The translations under genes and the position numbers were made by a program. DNA of 32,000 nucleotides from an uncultured Candidatus Saccharibacteria bacterium. Lineage in GTDB: Bacteria > Patescibacteriota > UBA1384 > XYA2-FULL-43-10 > 1-14-0-10-43-13. Where the stretch lies: the NCBI GenBank assembly GCA_964543385.1, contig CAZIYE010000001.1, positions 330,001 to 362,000 on the forward strand, read 5' to 3'. Position 1 is the first letter of the stretch. The number at the start of each line of letters is the position of its first letter. This document shows positions 9,913-19,170 of the stretch, piece by piece. The notes below the pieces were generated by a model. It saw only the letters and a list, made by a program, of their open reading frames with translations, ran no database searches and was not told where the DNA came from.

Positions 9913-10470
9913 TTATTTACTGAAGTCAACTTTGACTGGTTCTTTTGCAGCGACTTCTTCAAGCTCAAACAAATCACGTTTTTTAAAGCCAAACATATTT
10001 GCAAATATGTTAGTTGGAAAAGTTTGAACAGCAATATTCATTTCACGAACATTTGAGTTATAAAACCTTCTCGACGCTTGTATTTTATCTTCAGTATCAG
10101 TAAGATCAGCCTGTAATTGCGCAAAATTTTGATTTGCCTTAAGATCTGGATATGCCTCAGCAACAGCAAAGATCGATTTAAGTGCACCTTCTATCTGGTT
10201 CTCAGCCTTCGCCTTGTCGCCAACACTTTGAGCGCCTAGTGCCTCCGCTCTTGCTCTTGTCACATTCTCAAAAGCTTCTTTCTCATGCTTTGCATAACCT
10301 TTTACTGTTTCTACAAGATTAGGAATTAGATCATATCGACGCTTCAGTTGAACATCAATATCACTCCACGCCTCATCTGTCCTCACATTCAATTTAACAA
10401 GATTATTATAGATTGCGATGACTGCTATGGCCAAAACTGCTACTATAGCGATGACTATCCAAACTAACAT
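9913..10470 (-). CDS. lemA: LemA family membrane protein
   Basis: N-terminal TM, then YNNLVKLNVRTDEAWSDIDVQLKRRYDLIPNLVETVKGYAKHEKE and RRFYNSNVREMN, which are diagnostic LemA blocks. SD GGAGAA upstream. Confidence 0.92.
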   Translation of the reverse strand: MLVWIVIAIVAVLAIAVIAIYNNLVKLNVRTDEAWSDIDVQLKRRYDLIPNLVETVKGYAKHEKEAFENVTRARAEALGAQSVGDKAKAENQIEGALKSIFAVAEAYPDLKANQNFAQLQADLTDTEDKIQASRRFYNSNVREMNIAVQTFPTNIFANMFGFKKRDLFELEEVAAKEPVKVDFSK

Positions 10471-10530
10471 AGTTTCTCCATTCTGTTTGTTTAATACAAA
10501 TTTAAAAGTTCAATGAACTACTCGATCATA

Positions 10531-13134
10531 CTAATTATTATATAGGAAGTAAAGACTGATATTATCAATCATCTTAAGAGCAGGATCAAGCGTATTTTCC
10601 AATTTGCTACTCAAATAATATGATTTGCCATCCATACTCTTATAGCCATAAAACCATCCTTCTGCAGTTTTGGGATCTTTTGGTAAAGCCAAAATATAAT
10701 TTGGGATCAAAACACTCGAAACAGAGTTTGACTCAATGCCAAGATTTACAGGTGATTTCGATAAAGGATATTTGCCATATTTTGATTTATAAGATTCTAA
10801 AGCGTTCTTAATAGTTAAGAGATCATTTTTCCTCTGTTCATCATTTTTAGCAATTAGAGCATCGGCAGCAGCTTTCTCGGCAGCAGCTTTAGCTGCTTCT
10901 GACTCTGTCCCCTGACTGTTATTGACCTCACCATTCTCCTCAATAGTCTCCTCGTTGGAGCCAAAAGGAGCAGGGTCTGTAATAATTTCTAGAGAGTCTG
11001 GCTTTTCGAAATCCTCTATCTGTCCAAAACTGTCGAACTTCAAAGACAAATCCAATGATGTAATCGAACTAGAAGTGGCTGGAGTGATCTTCAATTCTAT
11101 TTTTCTAATAAGTTTGTCCTTTATGCCAATCCAGACATGTCCGGTAATCGACGAGATAGCCTCTGATGTAATTCCAATACCAGATAAAGCATCTCCAATT
11201 TCGATATCATCAATCTGGTAATCATAGCATCTGGTTTTGCCGATCTTTTCGTTACCTACCTTTTTTCCCCTTATTGATGACTGGCTCCAATCGCCAGCCC
11301 AGAACTCTTCAAAAATATTTTTTTCTTCAAGTCCTGATAAATTATATTCAAGCCATTTTCCATCTTCGGCACTATCGCTGAACTTAATTTTGTCACTTTT
11401 AACCCAAAGCTTACCTAGACTATTTTTCAATGAAATCTCTGAAATTCCAGCTTTGTCGACTAGCAATCTGATGTCGCTGCCATCATCACCCACAGCCCCT
11501 TCAACAGCCACGGATAATTCCTTGCTAGTAGTCTGTACACCTTCATAGGAACTATCAAGCTGCTGATCGCTATCGATACTACTGTTGTTACTATCATCTG
11601 CGGTGTCCGAGGTGAGAGAGCTATCTAATGTAGAGTTATCCTCACCAGCATTTCCTTCCAGATCGGTTGAAGTAGAATCAGTCTGCGTATCGGAAGTAAT
11701 TTGACTACTGTCAACCGTAGAATTCTCCTCAGTATCTGGGTCTACTACCACCCACTCTTCCTCCTCTACTGCAAATGTTGCTTTTTCTGGTTTAATATAA
11801 AAAGCCATTTTTGCATTATCAGCATAAGAAACCAAAGGAGTTGATACCGGCGACTGAATAGTTTTATCAATGTTGATCCTGATATCCCCAGTTACCTTGA
11901 AACCAGTCTTTTTTCCCATTACTGAAAGTGTCTGACCAAAGGCTTTCTCGGCATCCCTTGGTAAACCACCCCAGATTATTTCAATACCCAGGGGATTATA
12001 TATCTTTTCAAAACCGATAGATACAATCCCTCTCTCTGTAAGCAAGGTCAATAAAAAGAAAAGTGATAAAACCCCTCCACTAATTAATAGCGGTAATGGC
12101 ATACGCCTTTTCACAGGAGGCTGCCCTAGCATCTGTTCTGCAATATTATCATTTACACTCTGTGCGGGTACTGAATTTTGTACATTTGTCGTTTTATTTC
12201 CTTTATGACTGAACAAAGAAGCGAGTATATTCTTCTTCTCTGGCTTCGGCTGAACGGGATAAATTTGACCTACCGAAGAAGCTTCTGTTGGGCTACCAGC
12301 TACCTGCTGAGGTAATGCTGGTAAAGCTGGCGCAGATTGAGTTTGCATTTGTGAAGCCATAGTCTGTTGTGGCACAGCACTTATGCTTGCCATATTAGAA
12401 ACTACTGAATTGTTTTGCATCGGCGCTGATGGTGTTGGCGTAGCCGCTATTGCAGGCCTAGTAGAAGCAACACTAGCTGGTTGAATGTCCGTAGAAATTG
12501 CTTTTTGACTGGAAAAACTATTGTCAAAAATATCGATATCATCATCAGCAGCAGACGCTATAGTATTTGCGGAAACTGCAGGGGTTGCCATAGGAATAGG
12601 CGTTGGAACATTAGTTGAAGGAACAGATGATAATGGGGAAGTTGTAGCGACATTAGCCTTAGGATTTTGGGTCTGAGAAACATTTTCCGGCTGCCCAGTA
12701 GCCACAGTCTGGGACAGAGATTCAGATTTGATATTGTTTGATTCAGGAACGACTGCTGGCACATCTTCTGCAATATCCAGATCCATTGAACCATTTCTTA
12801 CGCCCTCATCATGATCAGTGGCGTCGATTGCATCTATAGCAAGGTCAGAATCATGAGTAATTAAATTATTATTGTCAACAATATTTAAAGCAGTTTGATT
12901 CTCAATGTTTTGGGGGACAACAAATTTAGGCTCTTCTTTGACTATTGGATTTTGAGTCATCGAGGAACCTGAAAAACCACCAATTTTCTGATCTTTTGGC
13001 GTTTCTTCCGGCAATTCCTCATCCCAGGGACTTAGAGATTTCTTTTTCTGCAATGTACTGTCCTGATTCCCTAAAGATGCCGTTGTCTGGTTTGATCCCA
13101 TCACAACGGGATTATTTGGCTGATCCGAAGCCAC
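10531..13134 (-). CDS. 867-aa single-pass surface protein: disordered N-terminal half, TM, acidic/Ser-Thr-rich ectodomain, C-terminal pilin-like module
   Basis: GTG start at 13134 preceded by AGGAGGGG (13145..13138). TM LPLLISGGVLSLFFLLTLLT at about aa 350-370. The C-terminus AKNDEQRKNDLLTIKNALESYKSKYGKYP...LIPNYILALPKDP...YGYKS.DGKSYYLSSKLE resembles the globular part of type IV pilin/pseudopilin-like proteins. Confidence 0.8.
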   Translation of the reverse strand: MASDQPNNPVVMGSNQTTASLGNQDSTLQKKKSLSPWDEELPEETPKDQKIGGFSGSSMTQNPIVKEEPKFVVPQNIENQTALNIVDNNNLITHDSDLAIDAIDATDHDEGVRNGSMDLDIAEDVPAVVPESNNIKSESLSQTVATGQPENVSQTQNPKANVATTSPLSSVPSTNVPTPIPMATPAVSANTIASAADDDIDIFDNSFSSQKAISTDIQPASVASTRPAIAATPTPSAPMQNNSVVSNMASISAVPQQTMASQMQTQSAPALPALPQQVAGSPTEASSVGQIYPVQPKPEKKNILASLFSHKGNKTTNVQNSVPAQSVNDNIAEQMLGQPPVKRRMPLPLLISGGVLSLFFLLTLLTERGIVSIGFEKIYNPLGIEIIWGGLPRDAEKAFGQTLSVMGKKTGFKVTGDIRINIDKTIQSPVSTPLVSYADNAKMAFYIKPEKATFAVEEEEWVVVDPDTEENSTVDSSQITSDTQTDSTSTDLEGNAGEDNSTLDSSLTSDTADDSNNSSIDSDQQLDSSYEGVQTTSKELSVAVEGAVGDDGSDIRLLVDKAGISEISLKNSLGKLWVKSDKIKFSDSAEDGKWLEYNLSGLEEKNIFEEFWAGDWSQSSIRGKKVGNEKIGKTRCYDYQIDDIEIGDALSGIGITSEAISSITGHVWIGIKDKLIRKIELKITPATSSSITSLDLSLKFDSFGQIEDFEKPDSLEIITDPAPFGSNEETIEENGEVNNSQGTESEAAKAAAEKAAADALIAKNDEQRKNDLLTIKNALESYKSKYGKYPLSKSPVNLGIESNSVSSVLIPNYILALPKDPKTAEGWFYGYKSMDGKSYYLSSKLENTLDPALKMIDNISLYFLYNN

Positions 13135-13137
13135 TGT

Positions 13138-13161
13138 CCCCTCCTATTTTTCTATATTATA
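13138..13161 (-). promoter_or_regulatory. putative -10 (TATAAT) plus SD of the 867-aa gene
   Basis: Consensus TATAAT on the minus strand (13161..13156) lies inside the palindrome TCTATAT-T-ATATAGA (13151-13165). SD AGGAGGGG lies 5 nt before the GTG. Confidence 0.35.
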
Positions 13162-13188
13162 TAGAAATTATTTAGCTTTTTAAAGCTC

Positions 13189-14427
13189 CTATTTGCCGCT
13201 TTTTAAAAACTCTATCGCTCTATTTAGCTGATTATCATCATTTTTATCTTCGCTTGCTTTCAAATCAATATCTGGAGCAATACCTTCACCATTTATAGCA
13301 CGACCATTCGGTGTTAACCATTTTGCAACTGTAATTTTAACTGCCGAGCCGTCAGACAATTCGAGCAATTCCTGTACACTTCCCTTGCCAAAAGTCTTTT
13401 CGCCAATAACTTTAGCCACTTTTCGATCTTGAAGTGCTCCAGCAAATATTTCTGAGGCCGATGCTGACCCATTATTAACCAAGACCACTGTCTTAAAATT
13501 CTTAAGCCTGGACTTTCTTGTAACCTTATATTCCTTTTGCTGGCCGCTTCTGTCTTTTTCCGAAACAACTATTCCACCATCTAGAAAATAACTTGATAAG
13601 TTAACGGCCGATTCTAAATAGCCCCCAGGGTTATTTCTCAAATCGACAACTATACCCTCTGGTTTATCTTTAATCACTTCTGATATGTACTGTTCAAATA
13701 GGCTGTCTGTATCATCACCAAATTGGTTTATTTTGACGACAGAATACTTTCTACCATCAATGTTCTTGGTATCCCACTGAATACTTTTTACAACAATTTT
13801 GTCTCTCTCAACATCAAAAGTAAGCGGGTCATCTTTGCCCTGACGGAAGACTTTAATATTTACTTTTGTGCCTTTTTTACCACGGATTTTATTGATAATT
13901 TCATTGAAATTTATACCTTCGGTTTTAGTGCCGTCAACTTCTATTATTACGTCACCAGATTTCATCCCAGCCTTTTCAGCAGGAGAACCAGAGAGAGGTG
14001 CTACAACTGTCGGTAGATTATCCTTTGAAACCAATTCTACGCCAATACCATCAAACTCCCCCTGAATGTCTTCACGGAACCTTTTATTGTCTTCTGGGGA
14101 GAAGAAAACGGTATAAGGATCGTCAACAGACGATAGCATGCCGGCGATAGAGCCATAAATCATCTTCTTACTCTCAGGATCAGAGACAGATTTCTGTTTA
14201 AGTTTATTCCAGGCTTCCCAATAAAGAGAAAAATCAAGGTTATCGGGCTTTCCAACTTCAATATTTTTAACTTCTTTCGGACCAACTCCCAAGCCGACAG
14301 ATTTGCCTTTTTGGCCAAGTGAATATCCAAAAGAAAAGACAAAATAGAAAGCAACAAGCGCCAAGAAGAGAAAAATCAATCTCCCAGCAGGAGATTTCTT
14401 TGATTTATTGTGTGAATAAAAACTCAT
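13189..14427 (-). CDS. ctpA: S41-family carboxy-terminal processing peptidase with PDZ domain
   Basis: N-terminal TM anchor, PDZ block GSPAEKAGMKSGDVIIEVDG, catalytic blocks NNGSASASEIFAGALQD and TFGKGSVQ. Confidence 0.92.
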   Translation of the reverse strand: MSFYSHNKSKKSPAGRLIFLFLALVAFYFVFSFGYSLGQKGKSVGLGVGPKEVKNIEVGKPDNLDFSLYWEAWNKLKQKSVSDPESKKMIYGSIAGMLSSVDDPYTVFFSPEDNKRFREDIQGEFDGIGVELVSKDNLPTVVAPLSGSPAEKAGMKSGDVIIEVDGTKTEGINFNEIINKIRGKKGTKVNIKVFRQGKDDPLTFDVERDKIVVKSIQWDTKNIDGRKYSVVKINQFGDDTDSLFEQYISEVIKDKPEGIVVDLRNNPGGYLESAVNLSSYFLDGGIVVSEKDRSGQQKEYKVTRKSRLKNFKTVVLVNNGSASASEIFAGALQDRKVAKVIGEKTFGKGSVQELLELSDGSAVKITVAKWLTPNGRAINGEGIAPDIDLKASEDKNDDNQLNRAIEFLKSGK

Positions 14428-14433
14428 AAGTTT

Positions 14434-14442
14434 ATGTTAGCA
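14434..14442 (-). promoter_or_regulatory. putative extended -10 promoter of ctpA, leaderless geometry
   Basis: On the minus strand: TGcTAACAT (14442..14434), then 6 nt (aaactt) and ATG 14427. No SD. Confidence 0.4.
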
Positions 14443-14527
14443 GAAACACAATCAAACTTAAATGCATTTTTTACCGCATTATTAAGCATAGTCTGCTTAG
14501 AAAATATTAGATTGATATTTGCTATAT

Positions 14528-15760
14528 TTATGGTCTAACAGTTTTAATAGAGATTATATCACTAAAACGATAGCCCCTGCCCTGAGCTGGGTCATGCATG
14601 TAATACGTATTACCAGACCTACTTTTTATAACTATAAAATGGTCAGATCCGTCAACGTTTGGATGAACTTTAAAATTATCTAGTCGAACGCTGGCAATCA
14701 CCGGATAGCCATTGTCTAATTCACTGTTTAGAGTTCCCCTATCTACACGCTGCAAAGGACCAAGCTTTATTCCAAGTCCAGGGGAATTGAAACCCATTAG
14801 ATATCCACCGCTATTAAAAATACCAACTCTCGTAGCAATATCAGTATTAGTTGTACGATGATTATAATAACTCGCCATCATAGCCAGAGAGGTAATATAG
14901 CAACCATAATTATGAATGTTTACATTCGAATAAGGGCTGCCCCCAAGTCTGGTATAATTCCCAAGCTGAGTCTGATACCAACTAGAATCAATAGAGGGAA
15001 GGACATCACCACCCTGAAATCTTACTCCGCCGGTATAAGCTGCCGATAATTGGGCAGCCATCTCGTCGATTTTCCTTTTCAATTCAGTTTCTTGGGTCTT
15101 CAAAGTACCCAAAGTATTTGTGGTGTCAGTTAGAAGCCTATTTTTAAAGGACTTTTTATCCTCAAGCTCGTTTTGTTGATCCTGCTGATCCTGTCTTAAG
15201 CCATTTAATATTTGTAGTTGGGTAGATTGCTCATCTTTTTGCTTGGAAAGGTCGTCTCTGATCCCTTGAATTCTCTCTGTATTTATTTGAATCTGCTGTC
15301 TTAGAGACTCATAGTACTGTTGTTTATCCATAACCTCCGAAAGACTATCTGCTCCGACAATGGCCTCCAGTAGTCCGCTTTCACCCTCCATATACCAAGA
15401 AGCCAATATCTGGCTCATCTTTTCCTGTTCGTGATCAAGATTACTTTGCTCATCCATAATCTTTTTCTCTAAAGCAGAAATACTCTTGTTAGTATCCGAT
15501 ATTTGACTTTGTGTCTGTCCGATCGCGTTTTCTGTTTGATCGATTTGATTATCGACAATAGCAACTTGAGTCTTCAGTTCTTCTGCTTGTTTTTGCTTTG
15601 TTGTCGCCTGTTGTTTTGTGGCATCCAACTTATTCTTCAAAGCATTGAGTTCGGCAGTACTAGCGGCATAAGAAAATGTTACTGGCATGCCAATAGTAGA
15701 AAACAATAGTCCCAGAATAATTGCAAACTTTATTATTTTGTATTTAGAAATATCCATCAT
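14528..15760 (-). CDS. secreted coiled-coil protein with C-terminal C39-like (papain-fold) cysteine peptidase domain; candidate FtsEX-associated cell-wall hydrolase
   Basis: Signal/anchor IIKFAIILGLLFSTIGMPVTFSYA. About 230 aa of Q/E/K-rich heptad-like coiled coil. C-terminal NYGCYITSLAMMASYY ... GYPVIASV ... GSDHFIVIKS..YYMHDP is a Cys...His...Asp pattern like Peptidase_C39_2. Lies directly downstream of ftsX. Confidence 0.75.
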   Translation of the reverse strand: MMDISKYKIIKFAIILGLLFSTIGMPVTFSYAASTAELNALKNKLDATKQQATTKQKQAEELKTQVAIVDNQIDQTENAIGQTQSQISDTNKSISALEKKIMDEQSNLDHEQEKMSQILASWYMEGESGLLEAIVGADSLSEVMDKQQYYESLRQQIQINTERIQGIRDDLSKQKDEQSTQLQILNGLRQDQQDQQNELEDKKSFKNRLLTDTTNTLGTLKTQETELKRKIDEMAAQLSAAYTGGVRFQGGDVLPSIDSSWYQTQLGNYTRLGGSPYSNVNIHNYGCYITSLAMMASYYNHRTTNTDIATRVGIFNSGGYLMGFNSPGLGIKLGPLQRVDRGTLNSELDNGYPVIASVRLDNFKVHPNVDGSDHFIVIKSRSGNTYYMHDPAQGRGYRFSDIISIKTVRP

Positions 15761-15766
15761 AGTTTT

Positions 15767-15775
15767 ATTATACCA
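15767..15775 (-). promoter_or_regulatory. consensus extended -10 promoter of the coiled-coil peptidase gene, leaderless geometry
   Basis: On the minus strand: TGgTATAAT (15775..15767), then 6 nt (aaaact) and ATG 15760. No SD. Confidence 0.55.
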
Positions 15776-15788
15776 TGGCTATCAAGAG

Positions 15789-16697
15789 CTATTTCAAATG
15801 TCTTCTCACAGCGAATAAAGAACATCCTATACCTAGAATCAAACCGACAAAAAGCTGAACACCGATGATCATGCCGAAATTTAAACCGGCCGAAACAGAA
15901 TTCACGCCTCCGACCCCCAGATACTGTTCTGTCACAGGCAACAACAAACGAAAGGCCGTAAACATGATTAACGAAGAAATAATTGAAGCCAAAATTCCAT
16001 AACTTATGCCCTCAACTATAAATGGTCCTTGGACATGCCAATCAGAGGCACCAACAAGTTTCATTATCTCTATCTCGTCAGAACGAGCATAGATAGTCAG
16101 TCTTATTGTATTGTAAATAATCAATACAGCGATAAGAACAAAAATCGATGATAGTATCCACCCTGTATATTTAACAAACTGCGTAATTTTGACCAAACGA
16201 TCAACCAAATCTTTGTTTTTGCGATAACTAATATCCCTAATCAAAGGTTTATAATCTGCAGCGCTCAAAAATTGATTAACACTCTCAAGGTTCTCCGGAC
16301 TGTCGGTCTTTATTTCTAAGCTTCTCGGCAAAGGGTTAAATGTCTCAGAAATCGCGCCGCTAATCTTATCATCGCCACTACTCATCTTGCGCCATTTTTC
16401 AAGAGCCTTCTCCTTGGAAATATAATCGACTGTCTTTATATCAGACCTAGATAATAAGGTATTTTGGATAGAAAAAATCTGATCCTTGGAAGTTGTTTCG
16501 TTAAAATATACAGAAATATCAACCTTTTCCTTAAGCGATGTGCTTGTTCTATCTATGACTACCAACAGACTAACAAAAAAAGAAATAGTAAACAGGGTCA
16601 ATACCATGATTAAAGTAGCTGCCAGAGAGAGCCAGCGGTTTCGCCACAATGATATGACCGAAGTCTTTAAAATTCTGTGAATTGATGTCAAAAACAT
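15789..16697 (-). CDS. ftsX: cell division ABC transporter permease-like protein FtsX
   Basis: 302 aa with the FtsX topology: TM1, a large extracellular loop, then three C-terminal TMs. Immediately downstream of ftsE. Confidence 0.9.
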   Translation of the reverse strand: MFLTSIHRILKTSVISLWRNRWLSLAATLIMVLTLFTISFFVSLLVVIDRTSTSLKEKVDISVYFNETTSKDQIFSIQNTLLSRSDIKTVDYISKEKALEKWRKMSSGDDKISGAISETFNPLPRSLEIKTDSPENLESVNQFLSAADYKPLIRDISYRKNKDLVDRLVKITQFVKYTGWILSSIFVLIAVLIIYNTIRLTIYARSDEIEIMKLVGASDWHVQGPFIVEGISYGILASIISSLIMFTAFRLLLPVTEQYLGVGGVNSVSAGLNFGMIIGVQLFVGLILGIGCSLFAVRRHLK

Positions 16698-16736
16698 AGT
16701 ATATTTTATAAGATTAAAAGATGTAAAATGAGCGAA

Positions 16737-17513
16737 CTAAAGTATATATTTCCCTTTTTCCTGATCCGAAACTATCTTGCCGTCCCTCAATGTCACTACC
16801 CTTCTTTGCAAAGTATCAACGACCTCTTTATCATGGGTCGCCAATAGAACTATCGTTCCCTGTTTATTAATTTTAAACAGTAATTCTATAATTTCCCAAG
16901 TAGATACTGGGTCGAGATTACCTGTTGGCTCATCAGCAATCAAAAGTTTAGGGTTATGAACCAAAGCTCTCGCGATAGAAACTCTCTGCTTTTCCCCGCC
17001 AGATAATTCCTCTGAGAAAGCAAATGCACGATTGGTTAAGCCGACTAAATCAATTATTTTTGGCACCTTGTCAGCAATTTCTTCATTTGTAGCATCAGAA
17101 ACTTCTAAGGCAAAAGCAATATTTTCATAAACAGTCTTTTTTGGCAGAATCTTGAAATCTTGAAAAATAACCCCGACTTTTCGTCTATAAAATGGCAATT
17201 CTTTTTTCTTCAACTTGGATATATCTCTGCTCGCTACAGCAATTTTGCCGCTTGTCGGCGATTCTTCGCAAGTCAAAAGTTTTATGAGAGTCGATTTTCC
17301 TGCTCCTGAAGGCCCTACCAATGATATGAATTCCCCCATTTTTATACTCAAAGAAATATTCAAAACAGCGCCAACATTTCCAGGATAAATTTTGGAAACA
17401 TCGCTAAACTCTATAATAACATCATCGCCCTTTGTGGAAGCACTCTGACTTTGAATCGAGTTTTTGATAGAGTCTTTGTTTTTTTCTTTTTGTTTTAAAT
17501 CTATATCGCTCAT
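16737..17513 (-). CDS. ftsE: cell division ATP-binding protein FtsE (about 30-aa polar N-terminal extension)
   Basis: Walker A GPSGAGKST, signature LSGGEKQRVSIARAL, Walker B LLIADEPTGNLD, FtsE-typical length after the extension. Confidence 0.93.
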   Translation of the reverse strand: MSDIDLKQKEKNKDSIKNSIQSQSASTKGDDVIIEFSDVSKIYPGNVGAVLNISLSIKMGEFISLVGPSGAGKSTLIKLLTCEESPTSGKIAVASRDISKLKKKELPFYRRKVGVIFQDFKILPKKTVYENIAFALEVSDATNEEIADKVPKIIDLVGLTNRAFAFSEELSGGEKQRVSIARALVHNPKLLIADEPTGNLDPVSTWEIIELLFKINKQGTIVLLATHDKEVVDTLQRRVVTLRDGKIVSDQEKGKYIL

Positions 17514-17540
17514 ATATTTTTATAACTTATTAGTTATATT

Positions 17541-19103
17541 CTATATCATAGCAACGCTTAAGTCCATTCCAGTCATTTCTTTCGGCTGCTTGAGATCCAA
17601 ATTTGCAATAATCGACGGAGCAATGTCAGCTAGTACACCTATAGGAGTACCAACCGCGTATTGGATATAGTCATCTGTCGAATAAGCAATGTCAACAGGA
17701 GTAAAAGGATTCTTCGTAAAATCAAGAAAGACAAAGGGAACTGGATTAGTAGTATGCTCTTTGTTCGGTTGTTTAGTCAGTTCGTCAACCATTACATCAC
17801 AATTGCCATGATCTGCAGTGATGAAAGCTTTATAACCTTTCTCAGAAGCGAGAGCCATAATCTCTCCAAGACAGCCATCGACGCTTTCGCAAGCTTTCAC
17901 AGCTGCATCCATTATTCCGGTATGACCCACCATGTCACCATTTGCATAGTTAACTATGATGAATTCATGGTCTTCACTTATAGCTTTTCTAACAGCTTCC
18001 GTAACTTCTGGTGCAGACATTGCTGGAATTTTATCATAAGAAACCTTTTTCGAAGGAACTACTTTGTCTGTCTCCTGTTTAAGCAACTCTTCATTACCAG
18101 CCTTGATAAAATAAGTCACATGAGCATATTTTTCTGTTTCTGCTGTATGAAATTGCCTTAATCCAGCATCAGCGACTATATCAGAAAGAGTATTCTTCAA
18201 ATCTACAGGCGGAAAAATAATACCAGCCTTCTGGCCCTTCTCATATTCAGTCATGGTTATTATTAATAAATTAGCAGGCAAGCCAACCGATTCTTTGCCA
18301 TAAAACATATCAAGCATCTGTCGTGCACGATCGCTACGATGATTAAAAAATATTACCGAATCACCTGATTGTATTGGAGCTCCCCCGTCAATTACCGATG
18401 GCTCAAAATTTTCATCACTTTTACCTTTTTTGTAATTATCGTCAATTGCCTCTTTGAAGCTACCGTACTGATCACCTGTACCACTTATAAATAAACCGAA
18501 GGCCTTCTTCTGACGATCCCAATTGTTATCACGATCCATGGCATAATAACGGCCGACCAAATCAACAATTCTTCCGCAATATTTATTTGTAGCTTCTTCC
18601 AGCTGAGAGAGAAATGTCATGGCCTCATTTGACCCAGTATCGCGACCATCTAAAATGGCATGAATAAACACCTTCGAGAGATCATTTTGCTTTGCGTATT
18701 CCAAAAGCGATATAAGATGGCGAATATGAGAATGAACTCCACCATCTGATACCAAACCAATTAGATGCAAAGCCTTATCTTCTTTTTTAGTTTTAGAAAC
18801 TATATCTTTTAAAATAGGGTTTTGGAAAAAATCACCATTTTCGATCGCCTGATCTATTCTAGGAAGATTTTCCCAAACCACCCTGCCCGAGCCGATATTA
18901 AGATGACCCACTTCTGAATTGCCTGGTTCGCCAGCATTCAACCCAACTTCCAATCCCGAAGCCATGAGAGAAGTTTTTGGATAAGAAGAATAGATATAAT
19001 CCATTATTGGTGTTTTCGCCGTCAATGGAGCATTACCATGCTCATTCGGTGATAATCCCCAGCCGTCAAGGATAGTTAAAATTACTTTATTGTTTGCCGA
19101 CAC
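17541..19103 (-). CDS. gpmI: 2,3-bisphosphoglycerate-independent phosphoglycerate mutase
   Basis: 520 aa, ILDGWG, NSEVGHLNIG (catalytic Ser), SDGGVHSH, ITADHGN. GTG start at 19103 with AAAGG upstream. Confidence 0.95.
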   Translation of the reverse strand: MSANNKVILTILDGWGLSPNEHGNAPLTAKTPIMDYIYSSYPKTSLMASGLEVGLNAGEPGNSEVGHLNIGSGRVVWENLPRIDQAIENGDFFQNPILKDIVSKTKKEDKALHLIGLVSDGGVHSHIRHLISLLEYAKQNDLSKVFIHAILDGRDTGSNEAMTFLSQLEEATNKYCGRIVDLVGRYYAMDRDNNWDRQKKAFGLFISGTGDQYGSFKEAIDDNYKKGKSDENFEPSVIDGGAPIQSGDSVIFFNHRSDRARQMLDMFYGKESVGLPANLLIITMTEYEKGQKAGIIFPPVDLKNTLSDIVADAGLRQFHTAETEKYAHVTYFIKAGNEELLKQETDKVVPSKKVSYDKIPAMSAPEVTEAVRKAISEDHEFIIVNYANGDMVGHTGIMDAAVKACESVDGCLGEIMALASEKGYKAFITADHGNCDVMVDELTKQPNKEHTTNPVPFVFLDFTKNPFTPVDIAYSTDDYIQYAVGTPIGVLADIAPSIIANLDLKQPKEMTGMDLSVAMI

Positions 19104-19170
19104 AAGAAACCTTTCGATTAATAATCGCTTTTTGTATTATACCATCAATGGGAACATTCGGACCAGAAGA

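Noticed and set aside
10531-10910. C-terminal module of the 867-aa protein as a diversity-generating retroelement target
   Set aside because: There is no reverse transcriptase gene and no template-repeat copy of the 3' end that I could find in the window. The domain resembles a pilin head, not a C-type lectin VR.
12558-12794. 78-aa same-strand alternate-frame ORF inside the 867-aa gene
   Set aside because: It is embedded in the low-complexity region of the long ORF, has no independent start signals, and is a by-product of biased composition.
17661-18161. 166-aa plus-strand ORF antisense to gpmI; likewise 20275..20679, 20807..21184, 10922..11548, 9737..10027, 3002..3549 and the other short plus-strand ORFs
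   Set aside because: They lie entirely antisense to confidently identified genes. They have Ser/Phe/Ile/Leu-rich low-complexity composition typical of the reverse frames of AT-rich coding DNA, and no SD or promoter context.
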